This document shows, in pieces, positions 1 to 4,426 of a DNA stretch of 4,426 bases. Made by a program: the position numbers and the translations under genes. How positions within the stretch are numbered: the stretch's first letter is position 1; every line of letters starts with the position of its first letter. Source of the stretch: a virus (lineage: Duplodnaviria > Heunggongvirae > Uroviricota > Caudoviricetes); the IMG/VR virus record IMGVR_UViG_3300039368_000117, one strand, 5' to 3'. The notes under the pieces were generated by a model. That model was not told the DNA's origin. It did not search any database and saw only the letters and a list, made by a program, of their open reading frames with translations.

Positions 1-5
1 TCCGT

Positions 6-452
6 CTATATCAGATGGGCGTCTAAGTTACCAATTCTCGTCTGATGGCTACATACGGCGGTCAGTTTACGCTTACCAGCAGCAGAATCCGTGGGCTGGA
101 AAAGAAGGCTGTTGCGTGATTTATGCTCAATAAAATAAGCCTCCACTCCCAGCAACATCTTTGTATAACCAACACGGGCAGATTTAATCAGATTAACAGT
201 GCGGATCCGGTCATTCCCCATGCTGTTCATGATGGCAACCTGAAACGGCAGTGTTTCCCACCGCCCCGGGGTGTAAGATGACTCTTTCGGAAGGTAATAA
301 TGTCGATCTGCCCACTGAACTGTCGTCAGAGGGACAGGAATTTTTAGCGCAAGGAGGCCGGTTGCTATCGCTCCTGCAGAATTAGCCGCCCTCAGTTCGT
401 CTGAAATCATCAATCCACCTGCGCACATTCTCACCGGCTTCAGAAGCCACAT
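6..452 (-). pseudogene. Terminase large subunit (lambda gpA-like), N-terminal 148 codons ending in an in-frame TAG; probably truncated or disrupted
   Basis: Translation (…TTVQWADRHYYLPKESSYTPGRWETLPFQVAIMNSMGNDRIRTVNLIKSARVGYTKMLLGVEAYFIEHK…) matches the conserved N-terminus of lambda gpA as I recall it. gpA-family proteins are about 640 aa, yet this frame stops at 6..8 (cta on plus = TAG), and the last ~25 residues after PTD do not resemble gpA. Start overlaps the Nu1-like gene as in lambda; the true start may be an internal Met (about 410 or 428) rather than 452. Confidence 0.7.
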
Positions 453-930
453 CGGATGCTTTCGCGATTTCAGTTTTCACAGCATCAAGATGTACGGGTG
501 ATATATCAGGGTATTTACGCTGCAGTGTCTGAGGGACACGGACAAGGATCCCTGATATATTCTGTGCCACTCGCTGAAAGATGTAGGTAAATAACTCCGT
601 CTCGAGGACAAGGCCTTCCTCACGAGCATTTTTCAGCTCCTGTGCATCGGCCTGTGCCTTCGTCAGTCGGTAACGTTCGTAATCAATGGTGCAGGGCTGA
701 AGGTCTGATTCGCTGGCAGCCCTCAAATCCTCGATCTCTTTACGGAGTTTTTCGTTTTCAATATCAGCTTCCCTCTGCGCATACCACTGAATGGCAGCAG
801 TTGTATCAAAAACTGATTCAGTCCCTTTCCCTCCACCAGAAACTAGTGGTAACCCCTGACTCTGCCAGGCGGTGATGGTCCTGACATCAACGCCAAAAAT
901 ATCGGCCAGTTTTTTCTTATTGACGTTCAT
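382..930 (-). CDS. Terminase small subunit, lambda Nu1 family (NohA/NohD-like DNA-packaging protein)
   Basis: 182-aa ORF beginning [28 protein letters not shown] (the Nu1 winged-HTH region), with …[23 protein letters not shown]…[16 protein letters not shown]… closely paralleling lambda Nu1 (181 aa) from memory. ATG at 928..930 is preceded on the minus strand by GGGGGAG. Lies immediately downstream of the cos site and overlaps the large-terminase start. Confidence 0.9.
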   Translation of the reverse strand: MNVNKKKLADIFGVDVRTITAWQSQGLPLVSGGGKGTESVFDTTAAIQWYAQREADIENEKLRKEIEDLRAASESDLQPCTIDYERYRLTKAQADAQELKNAREEGLVLETELFTYIFQRVAQNISGILVRVPQTLQRKYPDISPVHLDAVKTEIAKASDVASEAGENVRRWIDDFRRTEGG

Positions 931-939
931 ACACTCCCC

Positions 940-1099
940 CGGGAACCAGAAAGGATCTGAAAATGGCGTTTTCTAACAAAAACAGCCTTTGTCAGATCCT
1001 TTTATATTTTTAAAATTCTATTGATAATCAATCAGTTAAAAAGAAGAAGAACGGATCTGATTTTTCCCTAAAAATTTTCATAAATAGCGAAAACCCGCG
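940..1099 (-). promoter_or_regulatory. cosB-like terminase-binding region with three TCAGATCC repeats and an IHF-consensus site
   Basis: Minus-strand sequence next to cosN reads CGCGGGTTTTCGCTATTTATGAAAATTTT…CCGTTCTTCTTC, near-identical to the lambda left end from memory. An 8-bp element occurs three times (ggatctga at 953..960 and 1053..1060; tcagatcc at 992..999), resembling the R1/R2/R3 arrangement. AATCAATCAGTTA at 1026..1038 fits the IHF consensus WATCAANNNNTTR. Confidence 0.6.
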
Positions 1100-1111
1100 A
1101 GGTCGCCGCCC
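1100..1111 (-). other. cosN, the 12-nt cohesive-end sequence (GGGCGGCGACCT on the minus strand)
   Basis: Plus strand 1100..1111 is aggtcgccgccc, whose reverse complement GGGCGGCGACCT is exactly the lambda cohesive end. Flank 1112..1145 (ccgtaaccggtcggatcgccggaaaggaccc) resembles the lambda right end / cosQ side from memory. Confidence 0.85.
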
Positions 1112-1223
1112 CGTAACCGGTCGGATCGCCGGAAAGGACCCGCGAAATGATAATTATTATCATCTATATAAGGTTTATCACAACATGTGTGTACGCCATC
1201 AAACCACGAGAAATAATCAATTA

Positions 1224-1256
1224 TGACGCAGGTATCGTATTAATTGATCTGCGTCA
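1224..1256. promoter_or_regulatory. Imperfect inverted repeat (TGACGCAG-N17-CTGCGTCA) about 60 bp upstream of the RHH-like ORF; candidate operator
   Basis: tgacgcag at 1224..1231 and ctgcgtca at 1249..1256 are exact reverse complements with partial extension into the flanks. A GATAAT -10-like hexamer sits at 1279..1284 and GGGGA precedes the ATG at 1318. Confidence 0.3.
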
Positions 1257-1317
1257 AATTAACGTAAAAGCAACTTCAGATAATACAAATCAGCAACACT
1301 GAATATGGGGAAACATT

Positions 1318-1503
1318 ATGTCATCAAAGAACAGAACCCGCAGAACAACAACCCGCAACATCCGATTTCCAAACCAGATGATTGAACAAATTAACATCGC
1401 TCTTGATCTGAAAGGTTCAGGAAACTTTTCAGCGTGGGTTATTGAAGCCTGCAGAAGAAGGCTGTCAACAGAGAGTTCGGGTATGAATTACATAATTAAG
1501 TAA
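1318..1503 (+). CDS. Small basic ribbon-helix-helix-like protein, homolog of the ORF at the lambda right end (possibly YlcI/DUF3950-like)
   Basis: 61-aa ORF MSSKNRTRRTTTRNIRFPNQMIEQINIALDLKGSGNFSAWVIEACRRRL… has a basic N-terminus, an alternating polar/hydrophobic segment and two short helices, as in Arc/MetJ-type folds. Gene and upstream DNA closely resemble the lambda right-end region next to cos as I recall it. The DUF3950/YlcI name is from memory only. Confidence 0.7.
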   Translation: MSSKNRTRRTTTRNIRFPNQMIEQINIALDLKGSGNFSAWVIEACRRRLSTESSGMNYIIK

Positions 1504-1635
1504 CATGGTGTTCACAGAACACGCAGTTACCGGACACATCAGTTTTCCATTCGCTCCCTGGCAGTACAGGCTTCCCCTCTGACGGGATAGCCTGAAAAAA
1601 TAACACAGAAAATTATTTGTTATAATTAATATAAC

Positions 1636-1776
1636 TTACTCAAAAAAAAGCGACGAGAAAATCAGCATCAACGAACAATAAGCGCCAATACGTGATAACA
1701 AATGGCAGCCATATTTATCTGCAGTATAAGCAATGGACAGGATAACCACTCCAGAAACCGTCAGCATAAAATCCAT
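1636..1776 (-). CDS. Candidate 46-aa hydrophobic micro-protein (unverified small ORF)
   Basis: Hand translation of the minus strand: ATG (plus 1774..1776) preceded by GGGGAAG, giving MDFMLTVSGVVILSIAYTADKYGCHLLSRIGAYCSLMLIFSSLFFE, stop at 1636..1638. Two hydrophobic stretches. Sits in an AT-rich segment; could be chance. Confidence 0.2.
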   Translation of the reverse strand: MDFMLTVSGVVILSIAYTADKYGCHLLSRIGAYCSLMLIFSSLFFE

Positions 1777-2033
1777 TTGAACTTCCCCGGACAAAATCGA
1801 CTCATCTAAAGATTTACAGCTCTTTTTATTATCAATATGTTAAAAGTAAAATAAACAGATGTTCAATAACACGAATACAAAAACGTGCTGAAATTCAATG
1901 AATCCATTTCTGTGTCATCAATTAATAGTGATAAACATCCGGCTTCTTCCACCATCGCACCGGACAGGCGACTATGAGGGGACAACGCCGCGCTCCGTTA
2001 ACGCGGTAAACCCCGGTGTGTGTCGTTTTTGAT

Positions 2034-2098
2034 TATCCCCGCACACTCGCGCAGAGGAGTCTCCCTGTCGGGCTGCGGTCTCTGTTAATGCGGGGATA
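2034..2098. repeat. 10-bp perfect inverted repeat (TATCCCCGCA … TGCGGGGATA) flanking a 45-bp GC-rich spacer just downstream of Rz/Rz1
   Basis: tatccccgca at 2034..2043 is the reverse complement of tgcggggata at 2089..2098. The spacer holds further short palindromes (cgcag/ctgcg, ggag/ctcc). Overlaps no credible ORF. Confidence 0.4.
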
Positions 2099-2126
2099 CG
2101 GCGACAATACCGCGCATCAGCAAAAC

Positions 2127-2585
2127 CTATTTCAGGCACTGAGTGCGGATATAGTCCTGCGCCCCTTCCAGCTGCTTCTGCATCAGCATCAACCGTTCTC
2201 TGAGAGTGAAATAATCCCGTTCAGCGGTGTCTGCCAGTTGGGGGCCGGTTGCATTATCCACGCGGGCGGTGCCGGTGGCTTCACGCACGGGACCTGGACA
2301 GGTGGCGTTGATACGCAGGCGCTTACGACCAGCGGCAACGTCAGCGCGAAGAGTTTCATTTTCAGCTCTCGCATCGGCTAATTCCCTCGAGTATTTTGCA
2401 TCGAGCGCAGCAACATCGCGCTGGCGCACCTGCATATCAGTAATGGTTGCGTTCGCCAGCTTCAGTTCACTGGCTTTGTTATCGCGCTGCGCTTTGTAGG
2501 TAATCGCGTTATCACGGTAATGGTCTGTTGCCATCCACAGCGCTCCACAGGCCACCAGCAGAATAACGATAAACGCGGAAAGCAT
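2127..2585 (-). CDS. Rz-family i-spanin (inner-membrane spanin subunit)
   Basis: Translation …[70 protein letters not shown]…[16 protein letters not shown]…MQKQLEG… is highly similar to lambda Rz from memory, with an N-terminal TM segment. The ORF track starts at GTG 2600; I prefer the ATG at 2583..2585 (152 aa). Confidence 0.9.
   Translation of the reverse strand: MLSAFIVILLVACGALWMATDHYRDNAITYKAQRDNKASELKLANATITDMQVRQRDVAALDAKYSRELADARAENETLRADVAAGRKRLRINATCPGPVREATGTARVDNATGPQLADTAERDYFTLRERLMLMQKQLEGAQDYIRTQCLK
2189..2374 (-). CDS. Rz1-family o-spanin (outer-membrane lipoprotein), embedded in the +1 frame of Rz
   Basis: [20 protein letters not shown]… has a lipobox-like LVVSAC followed by the proline-rich [27 protein letters not shown], paralleling lambda Rz1 (…[27 protein letters not shown]…). 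Entirely inside Rz, the classic arrangement. GAGGGA lies upstream of the ATG. Confidence 0.8.
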   Translation of the reverse strand: MRELKMKLFALTLPLVVSACVSTPPVQVPCVKPPAPPAWIMQPAPNWQTPLNGIISLSENG

Positions 2586-2596
2586 TCGGTTTATGT

Positions 2597-2728
2597 TCAC
2601 CCCAGCAGCCCCGACGAAGACAACATCATCCAGGCCATGGAAAGAAAAAGAGCAACCAGCATTAGTGAAAATGAAATGCCGACAATTACACAGAGGATCT
2701 TCGCCAGCGTTATGAGTTTGTCTGACAT
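2597..2728 (-). CDS. Hypothetical 43-aa single-pass membrane protein inserted between endolysin and Rz
   Basis: ATG (plus 2726..2728) preceded by AGGGAGGA with 7-nt spacing; translation [43 protein letters not shown]; the stop TGA (2597..2599) overlaps the Rz GTG candidate start by 2 nt. The ORF-track version (2597..2818) has a Cys/Gly-rich N-terminal extension that looks non-coding. Confidence 0.4.
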   Translation of the reverse strand: MSDKLITLAKILCVIVGISFSLMLVALFLSMAWMMLSSSGLLG

Positions 2729-2742
2729 GCTTAATCCTCCCT

Positions 2743-2925
2743 TCACGATTTCAACGCAATGACCAGTTTTGCCAGCCCATACAGCATCGGGGACACAGCA
2801 ACACCGACCGCCACCCACTTAATGGCAAAAGCCAGTGCTCTGCTGATGTCATCAGTTACAGGCGCTTTCAGTTCAAGGCCGTTTTTCATAGTCAACCTCA
2901 ACAGAATTCGTTTATACTTTTCCAT
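2743..2925 (-). CDS. Hypothetical 60-aa protein with basic N-terminus and C-terminal hydrophobic segment
   Basis: ATG (plus 2923..2925) preceded by AAGGGAGAAC; translation [60 protein letters not shown]; ends 14 bp upstream of the 43-aa ORF on the same strand. The ORF track extends it to a GTG at 2958. Confidence 0.4.
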   Translation of the reverse strand: MEKYKRILLRLTMKNGLELKAPVTDDISRALAFAIKWVAVGVAVSPMLYGLAKLVIALKS

Positions 2926-2958
2926 GTTCTCCCTTGCCTTATCCAAGGTCAGAAACAC

Positions 2959-2992
2959 AAAACCCCGCTTGCAGCCAACAAACGGGGTTTTT
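2959..2992. terminator. Terminator-like hairpin between endolysin stop and the small ORFs, with T-rich flanks on both strands
   Basis: aaaaccccg (2959..2967) pairs with cggggtttt (2983..2991); an inner 3-bp stem (ttg/caa) leaves a 7-nt loop. Followed on plus by ttttt-acttttatt and on minus by ttttgtgttt. The GC core is only 5 bp, so strength is uncertain. Confidence 0.35.
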
Positions 2993-3081
2993 ACTTTTAT
3001 TCACTTAGGTTTTGCCAGTTCTCAGGATTTCGTGTTATCCGTCCGCATTAGCCAACGTCATTTTTCAACAAAATATTCTGC

Positions 3082-3615
3082 TTATTTGTCAATTCCCCAG
3101 CACGCCAGCGCGCTCTCCTGGTCACGCCGTGAGACCTGTCCATAGCAGTTATTTGAACGAATACGGCAGTCTCTGCCACCGTCCTTAATCCACCAGCGAA
3201 TCGCCTCACATGCTCCCCTGCGATCGCCAGCATTAATTCGTCTGTAAAACGTCGACGGGAAACACTTACCGGGACCAATGTTGTACGGACAGAATGACGC
3301 GATCCCCGCTTTCTGGGGTTCGGTCAATGGCACTTTGATGTTTTTCTCCACCCATGCCAGCGCCTTATCACGCTCAATGGCGTTAACCCGGTCGCATTTT
3401 TCCTTCGACAACTTCATGCCCGGAACGACAGGTTTGCCATCCACCAGGATGGCACCGCGGCAGATGGTCCAGATACCCGCGCCATCACGGTATGCCGTGG
3501 TGTGGTTACCTTCCTTTTCATCCAGAAACTGGTCGAGAATGTCAGGCGCAGGCGCACCAGCGGCAATCAGCGCCAGAACGGCAGCCGACAGGCCGTATCT
3601 GATTTTTGCGTTCAT
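3082..3615 (-). CDS. Phage endolysin, T4-lysozyme-like (GH24) with N-terminal SAR (signal-anchor-release) domain
   Basis: 177-aa ORF with an Ala/Gly-rich weakly hydrophobic N-terminus (YGLSAAVLALIAAGAPA) followed by the E…D…T catalytic motif region EKEGNHTTAYRDGAGIWTICRGA. Resembles phage 21 R21 and Qin/DLP12-type prophage lysozymes from memory. Sits between the pinholin and Rz in a lysis cassette. No obvious Shine-Dalgarno upstream of the ATG. Confidence 0.9.
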   Translation of the reverse strand: MNAKIRYGLSAAVLALIAAGAPAPDILDQFLDEKEGNHTTAYRDGAGIWTICRGAILVDGKPVVPGMKLSKEKCDRVNAIERDKALAWVEKNIKVPLTEPQKAGIASFCPYNIGPGKCFPSTFYRRINAGDRRGACEAIRWWIKDGGRDCRIRSNNCYGQVSRRDQESALACWGIDK

Positions 3616-3720
3616 GGATATTTATCAGGATTTATCGGTTTCTGAGCCCTGGATATGTTTATCAGTTCCAGCCTGTTGCCTCAGGCTGCTAACAGGTCAA
3701 TACAATCATGAGGATTATTT

Positions 3721-3993
3721 ATGGACAATAACACCATTTCTCTACAGGAGTTGCTCGACAGCATTTCCAGGCTTCGGGAAGACGTGAATACCCTTACCGT
3801 CGCCTTCTCATATCTGGCATTCTCAATTCCAAGGGAACAGATGCAATCAACGCTGGCATCAATCCAGTTTGAATCATGCAATCCCAAATGGTCTCAGGAA
3901 CAACAAGACTCTTTCAGGCGGCTTGCTGTATTACTGGATGAAAAATATGCTGGTAAAATTACCATTTCGGCGGACTCTTCAGAGAACCCGTAA
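3721..3993 (+). CDS. Hypothetical 90-aa protein on the strand opposite the lysis genes (candidate moron)
   Basis: ATG at 3721 preceded by GAGGA (3710..3714) with 6-nt spacing; TAA at 3991..3993; a hairpin plus T-run follows about 43 bp downstream. No family recognised. Overlaps the 3' end of the 114-aa minus-strand ORF by 35 bp. Confidence 0.4.
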   Translation: MDNNTISLQELLDSISRLREDVNTLTVAFSYLAFSIPREQMQSTLASIQFESCNPKWSQEQQDSFRRLAVLLDEKYAGKITISADSSENP

Positions 3994-4303
3994 TTATTCC
4001 CGGTAGTTTTCCTCTGTAGGTTATCAACACATCCTGCGCCTCTAAAATTACGGGGCGCTTTTCCGGCGACTGCTCATCCCCTTCACATAACCCGGCAGCA
4101 ACATCCAGGAAGACCTGTCTGATGCTCCTTCTGGCTGCTGCCTCATAAAACTCCAGCGCGGCACCTTCAACACGGTCCAGCGAGATGTCCAGGTCAAAAA
4201 TTTCACCGTCAAAGCGTTTTTTGTCCCGTAACGCTAAAGTTACCGTAACTTTATTCTCAAAATTGCGGATCCCTTTCACAATCAGTTTATAGTTTTGAGT
4301 CAT
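3959..4303 (-). CDS. Hypothetical 114-aa protein between holin and endolysin (possibly YdfR/DUF1327-like)
   Basis: ATG (plus 4301..4303) lies 4 nt after the holin stop and is preceded by GGGGAGAG; single Met at the N-terminus; soluble-looking sequence MTQNYKLIVKGIRNFENKVTVTLALRDKKRFDGEIFDLDISLDRVEGAALEFYEAAARRSIRQVF…. The YdfR assignment is from gene-order memory of the K-12 Qin prophage (essQ-ydfR-rrrQ), not from sequence recall. Confidence 0.6.
   Translation of the reverse strand: MTQNYKLIVKGIRNFENKVTVTLALRDKKRFDGEIFDLDISLDRVEGAALEFYEAAARRSIRQVFLDVAAGLCEGDEQSPEKRPVILEAQDVLITYRGKLPGIITGSLKSPPKW
4036..4062 (+). terminator. Candidate intrinsic terminator downstream of the 90-aa plus-strand ORF
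   Basis: gcgcctc (4036..4042) pairs with gggggcgc-side cggggcgc (4052..4058, one G-U pair), 9-nt loop, followed by tttt (4059..4062). Lies antisense within the 114-aa ORF. Confidence 0.3.
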
Positions 4304-4307
4304 TGAA

Positions 4308-4426
4308 TTACTCTCCCCGTGCAGCCTTACGACGGTCCTCTCTGATTTTGAAATACAGGTTAGTCAGATATGTCAGCAGCCCAAACAGCAGACTCCCCAG
4401 CACGCCTATTGCCGCCCACTGAGACG
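4308..4426 (-). CDS. Class II pinholin (phage 21 S21 family), C-terminal part; N-terminus lies beyond the window
   Basis: Hand translation of the minus strand from the window edge gives [38 protein letters not shown] then stop (plus 4308..4310 = tta), almost identical to the C-terminus of S21 as I recall it (…[38 protein letters not shown]). Not in the ORF track because it is truncated by the window edge. Confidence 0.85.
   Translation of the reverse strand, partial: SQWAAIGVLGSLLFGLLTYLTNLYFKIREDRRKAARGE

Noticed and set aside
1-90. Insertion-sequence end abutting the truncated terminase
   Set aside because: The 80-90 bp after the divergence point does not match any IS terminal inverted repeat I can recall, and too little sequence is visible to judge; left as an unspecified rearrangement junction.
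642-875. 77-aa plus-strand ORF
   Set aside because: Lies entirely antisense within the well-supported Nu1-like gene; no RBS and low-complexity translation. Treated as a shadow ORF.
1318-1588. RHH-like ORF as the antitoxin of a toxin-antitoxin pair
   Set aside because: No credible downstream partner ORF: the only candidate is a 27-aa frame at 1505..1588 without an RBS. The gene and its upstream DNA are conserved at the lambda right end, so it looks like a core lambdoid gene rather than a TA module.
1504-2126. Remnant of a bor-like lipoprotein gene at the lambda bor position
   Set aside because: No plus-strand frame here resembles Bor (no lipoprotein signal peptide or lipobox ORF of suitable length); the segment appears unrelated to bor.
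2016-2499. Plus-strand ORFs 2016..2381 (121 aa) and 2227..2499 (90 aa)
   Set aside because: Antisense to the strongly supported Rz/Rz1 genes; the Ala/Arg/Ser-rich translations are typical of reverse-frame artefacts of a GC-rich gene.
2520-3145. Plus-strand ORFs 2520..2762 (80 aa) and 2759..3145 (128 aa)
   Set aside because: Antisense to the minus-strand small ORFs and endolysin end; no RBS found; the minus-strand ORFs have strong Shine-Dalgarno sequences and fit the operon orientation.
3048-3787. ORFs 3048..3278 (minus, 76 aa) and 3278..3787 (plus, 169 aa)
   Set aside because: Both overlap the endolysin in alternative or antisense frames; the endolysin frame carries the recognisable lysozyme catalytic motif, so these are frame shadows.
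3681-3887. 68-aa minus-strand ORF overlapping the 90-aa plus-strand ORF
   Set aside because: Begins with TTG and has no Shine-Dalgarno; the overlapping plus-strand ORF has a strong RBS and a downstream terminator-like hairpin, so I favour that one, with low confidence overall.
1-4426. CRISPR array, tRNA or rRNA genes
   Set aside because: No regularly spaced direct repeats with unique spacers, and no cloverleaf-like or rRNA-like sequence seen on inspection; the only repeats are short regulatory-type repeats at cos and near the endolysin start.

Overview
This window reads as the lysis-cassette / cos / terminase junction of a lambdoid (phage 21- or Qin/DLP12-like) prophage, with the late genes all on the minus strand. 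From right to left: the 3' end of an S21-type pinholin (4308..4426, partial), a 114-aa hypothetical ORF, a SAR-type T4-like lysozyme (3082..3615), Rz/Rz1 spanins (2127..2600, Rz1 embedded), an AT-rich segment with no large ORF, a small ribbon-helix-helix-like ORF on the plus strand (1318..1503), a complete lambda-type cos site (cosN 1100..1111, an exact GGGCGGCGACCT on the minus strand), a Nu1-type small terminase (382..930) and the N-terminal 148 codons of the large terminase, which ends in an in-frame TAG at 6..8. The truncated terminase suggests a defective prophage. The most interesting material is unexplained cargo inside the lysis cassette: two tandem small membrane-protein ORFs with strong ribosome-binding sites between the endolysin and Rz, and an opposite-strand 90-aa ORF with its own RBS and terminator-like hairpin between pinholin and endolysin. 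Family assignments rest on my recall of lambda and phage 21 proteins and on motifs visible in the translations; no database search was run, and the small ORFs are hypotheses.
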